A DNA stretch of 64,000 nucleotides, taken from Cytophagaceae bacterium (GTDB lineage: Bacteria > Bacteroidota > Bacteroidia > Cytophagales > Flexibacteraceae). How positions within the stretch are numbered: the stretch's first letter is position 1; the number at the start of each line of letters is the position of its first letter. The stretch covers positions 19,984-83,983 of the forward strand of contig JAIXQU010000104.1 of assembly GCA_027485575.1 (NCBI GenBank), read 5' to 3'. The translations under genes and the position numbers were made by a program. Positions 1 to 10,189 of this stretch are shown here, one piece after another. The notes beneath the pieces were generated by a model that did not search any database, was not told the origin of the DNA, and was given only the letters and a program-made list of their open reading frames with translations.

Positions 1-736
1 CAATACTTAATCTGAAACCGTCATCGCCTCCCCCACCAAAGATATAGTACCCGTCAGAAAAATTTACCCTTCTTCGCAACCTGATAGAAAAAAAATCCCG
101 ATAAGTGCCACATATTCTATTCGTATCCGGAAATATGCCGGGTGCATTTGAATTACTTCCCCAGTTATAATTAAATGACATTGTGTCCTCACTAATATAT
201 CCAATATAATTTGAAGCATTAAAAATATCTTCATTTGTGGCATCATTGATTGTACCCGTAGTACTGGGTGTCCAGCGGTAAAAATATCCCCTCCAATAAC
301 CTGTAGGATAAAAATTTGGGTCAGATGCCGTTAACTTCGAAATTGAAAATGGATGCTCATTTAAATCAGAACTAAAAGTGAGAGGATTGCTTCCTTTAAT
401 TCTCAAACGATAATTACTTCCTGCTGCGATGGAAGTTGGAAAATCAAATGAAAAAATCACACTGTTTTGACTTCCTGACTGAGTCAAGGAACCAACCAAA
501 GTAGTTGTATTTCCTGGAGCAAAACTTCCATTTGGGGAAATCTCAGCGGTAAAGACATTTCCGGCATTAAAGTTCTGGTGATCAAATTTTATCTTTAGGT
601 TAACCTTTTCACAAATATTGGCACCGGCAAAATTAAAATCAACGAGTTCCGGCCGATTCAGATATGCTGCGAAGACGGTATTTAATGAGAAAGTCAATAA
701 GAAAAATGGGAGAATATTTCGTAATCGTGTTCTCAT
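1..736 (-). CDS. Secreted protein with PA14/GLEYA-like C-terminal portion (partial, runs off window start)
   Basis: Absent from the ORF track because it has no stop inside the window. My minus-strand translation from the ATG at 736..734 stays open to position 1. It reads MRTRLRNILPFFLLTFSLNTVFAAY (signal peptide) ... GYWRGYFYRW ... YYIFGGGGDDGFRLSI, and the last part resembles PA14-type motifs. Confidence 0.6.
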   Translation of the reverse strand, partial: MRTRLRNILPFFLLTFSLNTVFAAYLNRPELVDFNFAGANICEKVNLKIKFDHQNFNAGNVFTAEISPNGSFAPGNTTTLVGSLTQSGSQNSVIFSFDFPTSIAAGSNYRLRIKGSNPLTFSSDLNEHPFSISKLTASDPNFYPTGYWRGYFYRWTPSTTGTINDATNEDIFNASNYIGYISEDTMSFNYNWGSNSNAPGIFPDTNRICGTYRDFFSIRLRRRVNFSDGYYIFGGGGDDGFRLSI

Positions 737-970
737 GACGTTTGAAAAAAACCAATTGAATAAAATATACTGGCAAATATATAGTTATTGAAAGCCTAAA
801 GTTACAATAAAAATAATCCTAAAGTATTATATAGAACAAATAAACTTAACTACTTATTTACAAGGCTTTTAACCTCTTATTTATCTAAATAAAATCAAAT
901 TAAAATCCTTGAAAAAAACAAAAAAACGGAAAATTACCTGCACCAGTTTTCAAACAAAGTCGATAACTTA

Positions 971-978
971 TATCTTTG
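971..978 (+). promoter_or_regulatory. Bacteroidota-type -7 promoter box TATCTTTG (TAnnTTTG)
   Basis: Exact match to the TAnnTTTG consensus about 29 nt upstream of the 1007 start, inside an AT-rich divergent intergenic region. Confidence 0.45.
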
Positions 979-1006
979 TGTCAATACACCATAAAATATA
1001 AATTCA

Positions 1007-3448
1007 TTGGAAACCGCTCCTCCAGTTTTGAAAAAAAAGAACGCAAAAAATACCCTTTCTAATTTACCCTCTGGTATTACTAAAGAACAAATTTTAGAGG
1101 ATTATCTCATAGGATTTGAAAGTAGACAAATCAGCCTTTTGGGTAGAAAGGAAGTTTTTGCTGGTAAGGCAAAATTTGGAATTTTCGGAGATGGGAAAGA
1201 AGTCCCTCAACTTGCAATGGCCAGGGTATTTGAAAAAGGTGATTTCAGGTCGGGTTATTATAGAGATCAAACCTTTATGATGGCAATTGGGGGATTAACC
1301 AGTCAACAGTTTTTTGCTCAACTATATGCCCACTCCAGTCTGGAAGATGAGCCAAGTTCCGGTGGCAGGCAAATGAGTTGCCATTTTTCAACCAGATTTT
1401 TGGATGAAAAAGGAAACTGGAAAAACCTGACTCAAATAAAAAATTCATCTTCAGATATTTCCCCGACTGCAGCACAAATGCCAAGGCTTTTGGGCCTTGC
1501 TTATGCTTCAAAACTTTTCAGGAATAATCCGGAATTGAAAGATTTCACCAACTTTTCAATCAATGGAAATGAAATAGCCTTTGGAACCATTGGAAATGCT
1601 TCAACCTCAGAAGGCGTATTTTTTGAAGCAATGAATGCTGCCGGAGTTCTCCAGGTACCGATGCTTGTGTCTGTTTGGGATGATGATTATGGAATTTCTG
1701 TTCCAAAGGAATACCACACAACAAAAGGTAGTATTTCAGAAGCTATGAAAGGCTTTGAAACTACAAATGATAAAAAAGGAATAAAAATATTCGTTGTAAA
1801 AGGCTGGGACTATCCAGGTTTGTTAGAGACATACAAAGAAGCTGTAAAAATTTGCAGGGATTTTCACGTGCCTGTTTTAATCCATGTAACTGAGGCAACT
1901 CAACCACAGGGACATAGTACGTCAGGTTCTCATGAAAGATATAAATCCAAAGAAAGGCTGGAATGGGAAAAAGACCACGATTGCATGTCAAAAATGAAAG
2001 AATGGATTCTTTCCAATGATATTGCTTCTGAACAAGAGATTCAGAAAATAGAGTTAAAGGCTACTGAAAATGCAAAAAATGCAAGAAATTCAGCATGGAA
2101 AGCATTTAATCAGGACCTGAAAAAAGACCATGACCTTGCGCTGCAATTAATTAACGAAGCAGTTTCTGAAAACACATCAACCGGTGAATTCACAAAACTC
2201 CATGAGAAATTTACCCAGGAGCTATTTCCGGTAAGAAGCGATACCTTAAAGGCTATTAATCAATCTTTAAGAATCCTAAGAAATACAAATGGGGAACTTA
2301 AAAGCAAATTTATCGACCTTAGAAAGTCAATAGATTTGGCCAATGCAGACAGGTACAACTCAAATCTTTACAGCGTTTCAGAAAATTCTGCTACCCGCAT
2401 AGAAGAAGTTTTGCCCACTTATGACGCTGATTCACCGGTTTTGGATGGAAGAGAGATACTACAAGCATTCTTCGACATGACTTTTGCAGTTAATCCTTTG
2501 GTTTTTGCAATTGGAGAGGATGTGGGTAAAATTGGTGATGTAAACCAGGGATTTGCCGGACTGCAAGAGAAATACGGCGAAATCCGGATATCAGATACTG
2601 GAATCAGAGAATGTACAATTGCAGGTCAGGGAATTGGAGCAGCATTAAGAGGTCTTAGGCCAATTATCGAGATACAATATCTGGATTATTTAATGTATGC
2701 CCTTCAGATCTTAACTGATGATTTGGCAACATTACAATATAGAACAAAAGGCGGACAAAAAGCCCCTTTGATTATCCGGACCAGAGGCCACAGATTGGAG
2801 GGCGTATGGCATGCAGGTTCACCCCTGAGTGTCATTATCAATTCACTTAGAGGTATTTATGTGTTAACCCCGAGGAATATGACCAAAGCAGCCGGATTTT
2901 ATAATACGTTGCTAAAATCGGACGAGCCAGGGTTGGTCATTGAATGTCTGAACGGCTACAGATTAAAAGAAAAACTTCCTTCAAACATTGGAGATATCAC
3001 TGTCCCTATTGGAGTGCCGGAAATATTGAGAGAAGGAAAAGATGTAACCATTGTAACATATGGCTCAATGACGAGAATTTGTATGGATGCGGCTGCCCTT
3101 CTTGATGAAGTAGGAATAGATGCAGAAGTGATCGATGCACAGTCATTGCTCCCATTTGACATCCATGGAATGATTTCAAAAAGCTTGGAAAAAACCAATA
3201 GAATTGTTTTTGCAGACGAGGATGTTCCAGGAGGAGCGACCGCCTATATGATGCAACAAGTACTTGAAATTCAAGCAGGTTATAAGTTTTTAGATAGTCA
3301 ACCAAAAACGATAACTGCACACCCTCACCGACCAGCTTATGCTTCTGATGGAGATTATTTTTCAAAGCCAAGTGCAGATAATGTCTTTGAGGTTGTTTAT
3401 GAATTGATGTCGGAAGCCTTTCCAACAACATTTTCGCCTATATTTTAA
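1007..3448 (+). CDS. 2-oxoacid (alpha-ketoacid) dehydrogenase E1 component, fused alpha/beta subunits
   Basis: 813-aa ORF. The N-terminal half is E1-alpha-like (GKAKFGIFGDGKE, TPP-binding region). The C-terminal half is E1-beta/transketolase-like (FAIGEDVGKIGDVNQGF, TGIRECTIAGQGIGAALRGLRPIIEIQYLDYL). The start is a TTG from the ORF track and is uncertain. Confidence 0.85.
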   Translation: METAPPVLKKKNAKNTLSNLPSGITKEQILEDYLIGFESRQISLLGRKEVFAGKAKFGIFGDGKEVPQLAMARVFEKGDFRSGYYRDQTFMMAIGGLTSQQFFAQLYAHSSLEDEPSSGGRQMSCHFSTRFLDEKGNWKNLTQIKNSSSDISPTAAQMPRLLGLAYASKLFRNNPELKDFTNFSINGNEIAFGTIGNASTSEGVFFEAMNAAGVLQVPMLVSVWDDDYGISVPKEYHTTKGSISEAMKGFETTNDKKGIKIFVVKGWDYPGLLETYKEAVKICRDFHVPVLIHVTEATQPQGHSTSGSHERYKSKERLEWEKDHDCMSKMKEWILSNDIASEQEIQKIELKATENAKNARNSAWKAFNQDLKKDHDLALQLINEAVSENTSTGEFTKLHEKFTQELFPVRSDTLKAINQSLRILRNTNGELKSKFIDLRKSIDLANADRYNSNLYSVSENSATRIEEVLPTYDADSPVLDGREILQAFFDMTFAVNPLVFAIGEDVGKIGDVNQGFAGLQEKYGEIRISDTGIRECTIAGQGIGAALRGLRPIIEIQYLDYLMYALQILTDDLATLQYRTKGGQKAPLIIRTRGHRLEGVWHAGSPLSVIINSLRGIYVLTPRNMTKAAGFYNTLLKSDEPGLVIECLNGYRLKEKLPSNIGDITVPIGVPEILREGKDVTIVTYGSMTRICMDAAALLDEVGIDAEVIDAQSLLPFDIHGMISKSLEKTNRIVFADEDVPGGATAYMMQQVLEIQAGYKFLDSQPKTITAHPHRPAYASDGDYFSKPSADNVFEVVYELMSEAFPTTFSPIF

Positions 3449-3453
3449 AATTA

Positions 3454-4542
3454 ATGCCTGAAGAGAAGATTGTAATAAACATTGTTGACCAACTCTCTCC
3501 CGTTAATTATGGAATATGGAATGCAGCCATCGCCACTGCGGAACCTCTTTTTAAAATCTATGGTGTAAAAACCATACTGGTTGCACCGGAATCTGAATTT
3601 GATTTCCCATCAAAACAGTATCCGTTTGTTGAACTAATCAGATTAAAATCTTTAAAAAAAGATTCCGCCTTAGCTTTTCTTAAAAAGTATTCTACCAAAA
3701 ACACCTTGGTTGCAAGCCATGGTGCATGGCAATATCCAACAAAATGGGGCTATTGGGCTAAGAAAATGGGATTCAATTGGGTTTATACTCCCCATGGAAT
3801 GTTAGAACCATGGAGTATGAGTCAAAAAAAGCTTAAAAAAGCCATCTATTTTTTACTCTTAGAAAAAAGGTATGCAAACCAGGCGACCTTTATTAGAGCG
3901 GTTGGAAAACCTGAATCTATCAATCTTCTGAGGCACTTCAAAGAGATCAAGCTCATTCCAAACGGGGTGTATTCATCAGATTTCAATTCTGAGGAGAAGC
4001 CGGAATCAAAAACAAACATTTTATTTCTGGCCAGGCTTCATGAAAAAAAAGGAATAATTCCTTTGGTAAATGCATGGAAATATTCGAACCTTTATAAAAA
4101 CCAGAATTTCGAGTTACTAATTGCCGGAACCGACGATGGCGAAAAAACAAAGTTGGATACTTTCTTAATCCAAAATTCGGAGATTAACATCAGGTTTTAT
4201 GGTCCAAAATTCGGAGAAGAAAAACAGCAGCTCCTTTCAAAAAGCCATTATTATATTTTACCTTCTGTCTCTGAGGGATTTCCAACTTCAGTTTTGGAAT
4301 CGATGGCGGCTTGCTTAGTCCCGATTATTACAGAAGGTTGTAATTTTCCTGAGGCAATAGAACAAGGGTTGGCAATTTTGACGCGTCAAAATAAAAACGA
4401 CCTGATAAAGACCTTAAATCAAATTGCCGAAATTTCAGAACCCGAAAGAAATAAAACTGCGCATAAATGCCAGAATTTTATTCGTCAATACTATACCTGG
4501 GAAATAATTGCCGGCAAGCAATTTGAGTTAATTCCGAACTAA
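3454..4542 (+). CDS. Glycosyltransferase, GT4 (GT-B fold) family
   Basis: C-terminal signature ILPSVSEGFPTSVLESMAACLVPIITEGCNFPE is typical of the Glycos_transf_1 domain. The gene lies 5 nt downstream of the E1 gene. Confidence 0.8.
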   Translation: MPEEKIVINIVDQLSPVNYGIWNAAIATAEPLFKIYGVKTILVAPESEFDFPSKQYPFVELIRLKSLKKDSALAFLKKYSTKNTLVASHGAWQYPTKWGYWAKKMGFNWVYTPHGMLEPWSMSQKKLKKAIYFLLLEKRYANQATFIRAVGKPESINLLRHFKEIKLIPNGVYSSDFNSEEKPESKTNILFLARLHEKKGIIPLVNAWKYSNLYKNQNFELLIAGTDDGEKTKLDTFLIQNSEINIRFYGPKFGEEKQQLLSKSHYYILPSVSEGFPTSVLESMAACLVPIITEGCNFPEAIEQGLAILTRQNKNDLIKTLNQIAEISEPERNKTAHKCQNFIRQYYTWEIIAGKQFELIPN

Positions 4543-4557
4543 ACCTGGATTAAGAAA

Positions 4558-5169
4558 TTATCTGAATGAGGTTGAATCAAAATAGGCTTCATTAATGGTT
4601 ACCGCCCAGTCAGGTTTAATATTCATAGGCTGAATAGAAAATGGCCCTGCAATTCGCTTTTTGATTTTTTGTTTTCCTAAAAAGCACTCCATAAAAATCT
4701 CTCCTCGCATATGGGGGGAAGTGGCAGCTTTGACCTCATACTCAGCTTTTTCACCAACGGCCAGACCAACAATTTTCAGGGTATCTGGCTTTAAAAAAAT
4801 CGTCCCTGAGCCATAAATTTTAATTGAATGAATGGGTTTGAATTTATTTTCAACCTTGACTTCAATTTTGGTTCTGGCTTCATCTGTTGCCATCAGAAAG
4901 CAATAACACAGAGGTAAAAATGCCAGAATATAAGACGAGGCACTCACACCTTTCAATTCGTTTTTATCATCGTTTGCATTTTTCAGCCATCCCCACAAAA
5001 ACCAAATGACTGACAGAACCCAAATAAAAATTCCAACCACCAATAAAGGAATGGTCAAATCTTCTAAGAAATCTACTGAAAAATAAGCAATAATTGTGGC
5101 AACTGAGCACAGAAATATTGCGGTCAATGCCATCCATCTGGAAACTTTTAATAAATCCTGATTAATCAT
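4558..5169 (-). CDS. Integral membrane protein of unknown function
   Basis: Three hydrophobic helices in the first ~100 aa, followed by a beta-rich soluble C-terminus. The start overlaps the stop of the upstream gene by 4 nt (5166-5169). Confidence 0.5.
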   Translation of the reverse strand: MINQDLLKVSRWMALTAIFLCSVATIIAYFSVDFLEDLTIPLLVVGIFIWVLSVIWFLWGWLKNANDDKNELKGVSASSYILAFLPLCYCFLMATDEARTKIEVKVENKFKPIHSIKIYGSGTIFLKPDTLKIVGLAVGEKAEYEVKAATSPHMRGEIFMECFLGKQKIKKRIAGPFSIQPMNIKPDWAVTINEAYFDSTSFR

Positions 5170-5903
5170 CTTTTGATATTTTCGTCTGCTTGTTGGTAGT
5201 CAAAAGGACAAATAATTTCCTTAATCGTATAGGTGATATTGATTCCTAAAAAGGTATAAATATCGGTATCAAAAATATTGCCTCTTTGCAGTTTAGTCCC
5301 TACTTCCTTGTCACTAACATTGTCTAAATAATCCGTAAACGGAAATCTTCCTCCAAACTCTACCCCTAAATTCCAGAACTGGCCCAACTGGTGTTTATAA
5401 CCAAACCCAGTGATAATGGAAGGCTGTATAATAGAAACTGAACCGCCTTTTTCTACAGGGGCTGGTGAGAAGATAAATACCGAAGGACCACCAAACAAAT
5501 AGGGTGATCCAAAAATGAATCTGTTCTTTGGATTTCGGTAATTGAAAAAATTGTATTCCAACAGCCCCGAAAACTCTATCATGGAGGTACTGAAAGAATT
5601 GGGTTGCAGTTTGGAAATATATAAATCAGGCGACAAAGAACCATCCCCAACCAAAGTTCCTACCAAAATATTAGCTCTCCCCACAACTGACATGCTGAAA
5701 TTATAGCGAAATAAACCTTGAATTGCAGGCCTTGAAAGTAGGGGATTAATCTGAGGATTCAGGTCTCCTTTATAATTTAAAAAACCAATTCCAGCCCCAA
5801 ATTCCAGGCGTTGTGCATTGGAAACATGAGTGACTCCCAGATAAATGGAAAAAAAAACGAGGGCTAAATGCCCTCGGATATTTTGAAAGTTCATTTTCAT
5901 CAA
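5166..5903 (-). CDS. Outer-membrane beta-barrel protein (DUF6089-like, from memory of the family)
   Basis: Signal peptide ending VSNAQ, alternating aromatic/glycine beta-strand pattern, and a position downstream of nadK as in many Bacteroidota. Confidence 0.55.
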   Translation of the reverse strand: MMKMNFQNIRGHLALVFFSIYLGVTHVSNAQRLEFGAGIGFLNYKGDLNPQINPLLSRPAIQGLFRYNFSMSVVGRANILVGTLVGDGSLSPDLYISKLQPNSFSTSMIEFSGLLEYNFFNYRNPKNRFIFGSPYLFGGPSVFIFSPAPVEKGGSVSIIQPSIITGFGYKHQLGQFWNLGVEFGGRFPFTDYLDNVSDKEVGTKLQRGNIFDTDIYTFLGINITYTIKEIICPFDYQQADENIKR

Positions 5904-5932
5904 ATATGTAACGAAAAATGATACGAAAAATT

Positions 5933-7159
5933 CTAACGGAATTTTGGTGGCTTTTGTTTTATCTCCAATATGTATGCCAAATGGAAGGCGGTATTCATCC
6001 AGTAATCCCTTCTCTTATTGCCTCTTGGCGCTGCATTGTTTTCATTGCCATCAATTCTTACAAAAGGGCTGTCTTTTGGTTCGGCATAAATAGGATTTCC
6101 ATCCCTGTCCAAAACTTGATTTCCTTCAGAATCCTTTTTTGGCTCGAATGGAAATCTTTCTCTTGCATCACCATTGATACCTCCGGTTGTATTTAATACT
6201 GGAGCACCCTTCCCTTTCCATGAATTTATTTTTTTAAACCGGTCCTCACCATCTACACCAGCGTATCTTTCAGCAGACCTGTTTGACATAGTCACACCTA
6301 GCTCATTTCCATCTGCAATCATCTTTTCGTAAACCTCATCCGATGGATATTTGCTACTTACATCGTCTATATAATCTGTAAATACAAACCGGTAGCACAT
6401 CTCAAGACTCAAATCCCATTTATCAGCAAGTCTGTAACGGACACCAATTCCCAAAGGAATTCCTATTTGCCATAAAGAATAAGGTGAAGGTGTTCCCGGA
6501 ATTCCGGTAAATTGACCCTCCGTTCCTAAGTCTCTAAGAGATACCCAATCACTTGATATTCTGGTAACCCCATCCGGACCAGTTATTGGTGTTTTGGCCT
6601 GTGGATTATGGTAAAAGAAAGAAAGCCCAATTACCCCATATGGGTTGATGAAGCTTCTTCGTAAAAATCCTCTGTCAGTAGGAAACAATTCAAAAACGCC
6701 CACGCTGGAAAGCTCATAAATGTCATTTCTAAAATGAAGGTTTCTTATATACCTGCCTTTGTCATCATTGGTGGGATTTGTTACATCATTAACAGAAAAA
6801 TCATCACCTCTAAGTCTCATCCAGGTAATTGCACTTCTGATGGTAACATTTGGATGAACCCGATGCAAATAAAACCCTGTCATATAGCTTCTTGTATAGC
6901 CAAGGTCTGAACTTCCCCTTCGGTTTCTTGGTGCGAGGTCTCCAAAATAATTGGTAATACCCATTCCACCTCCGAACGAAATATATTTTTTAGATTTACT
7001 AAAATCTGTTCGTACCGTAAATCTCGAAATCTGTCTGTTTCTGGTCTTTAATGCTGCTCTTTTAGACCTTTTCCCCAATTGACCGAAAACCGGATTGATT
7101 CCGGTTGACAATAGGATGATGAGCCCAAGAAAACCTGAAAGTAAAAATTTACATTTCAT
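5933..7159 (-). CDS. Outer-membrane beta-barrel-like protein, paralogous to the downstream gene, with a large insertion
   Basis: The probable start is MKCKFLLSGFLGLIILL (internal Met of the 5933..7204 ORF), which gives a signal peptide ending VFGQ. It shares the motifs GDL.P and FTDY(I/L)D.VS with the 5166..5903 product. Confidence 0.5.
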   Translation of the reverse strand: MKCKFLLSGFLGLIILLSTGINPVFGQLGKRSKRAALKTRNRQISRFTVRTDFSKSKKYISFGGGMGITNYFGDLAPRNRRGSSDLGYTRSYMTGFYLHRVHPNVTIRSAITWMRLRGDDFSVNDVTNPTNDDKGRYIRNLHFRNDIYELSSVGVFELFPTDRGFLRRSFINPYGVIGLSFFYHNPQAKTPITGPDGVTRISSDWVSLRDLGTEGQFTGIPGTPSPYSLWQIGIPLGIGVRYRLADKWDLSLEMCYRFVFTDYIDDVSSKYPSDEVYEKMIADGNELGVTMSNRSAERYAGVDGEDRFKKINSWKGKGAPVLNTTGGINGDARERFPFEPKKDSEGNQVLDRDGNPIYAEPKDSPFVRIDGNENNAAPRGNKRRDYWMNTAFHLAYILEIKQKPPKFR

Positions 7160-7253
7160 AGGGTGATATAAAATAAAGTGCAAGTCAAATACATTTACAT
7201 GCAAAATTAAACTTAAAATCTACAAACAAAAAACACTGTAAGATAATTTACTT

Positions 7254-8126
7254 TTAATTCCTTAAATCTTTTCCCCAAAATAGCTTTTCCCTGATTGTTT
7301 TGCCAAAAGAATAATTTGGAAAATCTACAAAGTTTGCGGCCAAATGACTTTTTTTAATCTCTAAAAACTTGTTAATCAGAATGGGTTTAGACCTTGAATC
7401 CATTGAAAACATAACTTTTTGTTGTCTTCCCTTTGGTTTAATTTTGATTTTGATTTTATCCGGTATTACCAAAGGTCGCATAGAAAGATTATGAGGACTT
7501 ACCGGAGTTAACACAACGCTTTCATTTTCAGGAACTAAAATAGGGCCGCCACAACTAAGTGAATATCCGGTAGAACCTGTGGCTGTCGAAATGATTAATC
7601 CATCTCCCCAGTAATCATTTAAAAATTCATCTTCAATAAAGGTCTCAATGGTAATCATTGAGGCAGTATCTCTTTTTGTTATCGCAATTTCATTTAAGGC
7701 AAAATTCTGAGGAAATGATATCGCTTCTTCTGAATTAGATATTTCTAATAAGGGTCGGTGGAAAATTGACATTGTTTCCTTTTGAAGAACAGATACAATC
7801 GCTTCATATTCGGTAGATTGAGCTGTTGCAAGAAATCCAAGTCTTCCAAAGTTAATTCCCAGAATTGGCACTTTTGCCGGAACGGCATATAGCAATGAAT
7901 CCAAAATTGTTCCATCACCCCCTAAACTTAAAATTGCTTTGAATGAAGATATATCCGATTCAAGATTGAAAGTTCTTGAAAAATTGGTTGTAAACTTTTC
8001 AAAAGGACGAACCAGTGATTGAGAAAAATAAACCAGAAATCCTGCCCTTTCAAGCATGTCGCTCAAGGCCAATATTTGGTCCTTGGGAATCTGATGAAAA
8101 GGCAAGGCATGAAGACCGATATTCAT
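7254..8126 (-). CDS. nadK: NAD kinase
   Basis: The GGDGT motif (LSLGGDGTILDSL) and TGSTGYSLSCGGPI are typical of NAD+ kinase, and the 290-aa length fits. Confidence 0.9.
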   Translation of the reverse strand: MNIGLHALPFHQIPKDQILALSDMLERAGFLVYFSQSLVRPFEKFTTNFSRTFNLESDISSFKAILSLGGDGTILDSLLYAVPAKVPILGINFGRLGFLATAQSTEYEAIVSVLQKETMSIFHRPLLEISNSEEAISFPQNFALNEIAITKRDTASMITIETFIEDEFLNDYWGDGLIISTATGSTGYSLSCGGPILVPENESVVLTPVSPHNLSMRPLVIPDKIKIKIKPKGRQQKVMFSMDSRSKPILINKFLEIKKSHLAANFVDFPNYSFGKTIREKLFWGKDLRN

Positions 8127-8136
8127 CCACTATAAA

Positions 8137-8802
8137 TTATATTCCCAGATACTTCATGAGCATATCTAATCTTTCTTTATCAAGAGATATAGTATTGGTG
8201 GTTTGATGAACCTCAATAACTTGATATTCAAATCGTTCTAAAGTAGCCACAATCCTTGACAAGTCCTTTTCATTAATTTTTAAATGAACAAAAAGCCTTT
8301 GGGGTGAATATGGATCGGATTCTACAATGACACTCAATATTTTTGCCTGGTTGGATTCAACCAAACGGGAAATCTCGGAAAGTGAATAATCATTTACCGA
8401 AACAGCGATTACCAAAATCCCACCTTCGGATTGGAAAGCCAAGGTTTGGGAAACAAGATTGATTACATTTTCTAAAATAAGATACCCCTCATACATCGAA
8501 TCTTCTCCAAGGACAGGGAGCATATTTAATCCGGATTTATGAAATGTGGCAAGAATTTCAAAAATATGCTGACCCGGAGATACAAATTCGTTAACTTTTT
8601 CTAATCCACATTGCCCAACGATTTTATTCATTTCCTTTTCCAGGTCCAGATTCTCAATAGACAAGAAACCAATAAATAAACCATTTTCAACAACTGGAAT
8701 ATAGCCCATTGAATCTGGGTAATCCTCTTCGAATACGTTTTCTAAAACAGAATCCGGAGAGAGAGGGATTATTGCCTTTTGAATAATTTCGGAAACAAGC
8801 AT
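8137..8802 (-). CDS. CBS domain-containing protein
   Basis: 221 aa. Tandem CBS-like segments (IPVVENGLFIGFLS ..., LPVLGEDSMYEGYLI) plus a C-terminal ACT-like part. This is the conserved neighbour of nadK in Bacteroidota. Confidence 0.7.
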   Translation of the reverse strand: MLVSEIIQKAIIPLSPDSVLENVFEEDYPDSMGYIPVVENGLFIGFLSIENLDLEKEMNKIVGQCGLEKVNEFVSPGQHIFEILATFHKSGLNMLPVLGEDSMYEGYLILENVINLVSQTLAFQSEGGILVIAVSVNDYSLSEISRLVESNQAKILSVIVESDPYSPQRLFVHLKINEKDLSRIVATLERFEYQVIEVHQTTNTISLDKERLDMLMKYLGI

Positions 8803-9557
8803 TATTGCTTTTTCAAAAATCTAAATAATAAATAATTAAATCTTTCTGGCTGCTCCATCATGGGTGCATGACAACATTTATCCACAAAATATAATTCACT
8901 CTTTGAAATGAGTCTATTAAATTCATGACCAACATGCGGAGGAGTTATTGTATCGTTCAATCCCCAAATTAAGAGGGTTGGGACCTGTATTTTATACAAA
9001 TCCCCGGCAAGGTTATGTCGTTGAGCTGATTTGGCAATAGCAACGATCGCCATACATTTTGAAACACTTTTGGTGATTTCAAATACTTCAGTAACAAGGT
9101 CGTCAGATGCAGTTTTGGGGTCATAGAAAGTATATCCAACCCTTTCTTTAACATATTCTAAACTGCCTCTTTTTGGGAAAGAACCGCCCATTGAGTTTTC
9201 AAATAATCCTGAACTGCCGGTCAAAATTAAAGATTTAATCATTTCCGGGTGGGCAACTGTGTAAACCAAGGCAATATGGCCACCCAATGAATTCCCCATC
9301 AGATGAAATTCTGTCAAATTCATTGCTTTAACAAAATTCTCCACATATTTTCTCAAACCATCAATTGTGGCAGAAAGCAAAGGCATTTCATAAATTGGAA
9401 GAACCGGAACTATAACCCGATAGTTTCCGGAGAGGGCATTAATGGTTGGTTCCCAATTACTTAAAGCACCAAAAAGCCCATGGAGCATCATTACTACAGG
9501 ACCCTGGCCTTCATCCAGATACTTAAAATCACCCAAATATTTTAACGACTGTTTCAA
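8802..9557 (-). CDS. Alpha/beta-fold hydrolase
   Basis: HGLFG oxyanion region, nucleophile elbow GNSLGG, and a C-terminal His in CCHAPMMEQPE. The stop overlaps the start of the CBS gene as TAATG (8800-8804). The start codon is TTG. Confidence 0.8.
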   Translation of the reverse strand: MKQSLKYLGDFKYLDEGQGPVVMMLHGLFGALSNWEPTINALSGNYRVIVPVLPIYEMPLLSATIDGLRKYVENFVKAMNLTEFHLMGNSLGGHIALVYTVAHPEMIKSLILTGSSGLFENSMGGSFPKRGSLEYVKERVGYTFYDPKTASDDLVTEVFEITKSVSKCMAIVAIAKSAQRHNLAGDLYKIQVPTLLIWGLNDTITPPHVGHEFNRLISKSELYFVDKCCHAPMMEQPERFNYLLFRFLKKQ

Positions 9558-9619
9558 TATGTTTTTGCTATTTCTTTAAGTCCCAAATAAGGCAATATTA
9601 TTTTCGTTCACAAAATAGC

Positions 9620-10189
9620 TTAGCATAAACTAAGCCAGTTTTTTAATAAATCGAATCCAAACTGAGTCAAATAGGCTTCCGGATGAAATTGAACGCCCAT
9701 AATTGGTTTGGATTTATGTTCAAATGCCATTAGTTCACCTGTATTTGTTTCTAACAAAGGAATCAATGGGTCCTTCAATTCTTTGACAATTAAAGAATGG
9801 TACCTAACAACTTCAAACTCATGGGGCAAGTTTTGGTTAAGCCTTCCCTCATTTATCATTCTAACTTTTGAAATTTTGCCGTGGCAGGGATTTCCTTTTT
9901 CAATATCAGCGCCAAACTTAAGTGCAATGGCCTGAAAACCAAGACAAATACCAAGGACTGGAAGCCTGTCCAACACATCAGAAATCACCTTCATCAATAT
10001 TGGCAGATTTTGAGGATTTCCGGGTCCGGGGCTAATAACCACTCCGTTGATGCCGTGGAAATGAGATTCTACAATGTCATTAACGCGAACGACTTTCACT
10101 TCAGCGCCAAGAATTTCCAAATACTCCACAATATTGAAAGTAAAGGAATCCAAATTGTCCACTAATAAAATTGAAAGTCGGTCAGACAT
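9620..10189 (-). CDS. Glutamine amidotransferase of the anthranilate/aminodeoxychorismate synthase component II type
   Basis: From the internal Met: MSDRLSILLVDNLDSFTFNIVEYL, catalytic Cys in GICLGFQ, RYHSL and GVQFHPE. The 69-nt upstream extension in the ORF track overlaps the preceding gene and is rejected. Confidence 0.85.
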   Translation of the reverse strand: MSDRLSILLVDNLDSFTFNIVEYLEILGAEVKVVRVNDIVESHFHGINGVVISPGPGNPQNLPILMKVISDVLDRLPVLGICLGFQAIALKFGADIEKGNPCHGKISKVRMINEGRLNQNLPHEFEVVRYHSLIVKELKDPLIPLLETNTGELMAFEHKSKPIMGVQFHPEAYLTQFGFDLLKNWLSLC

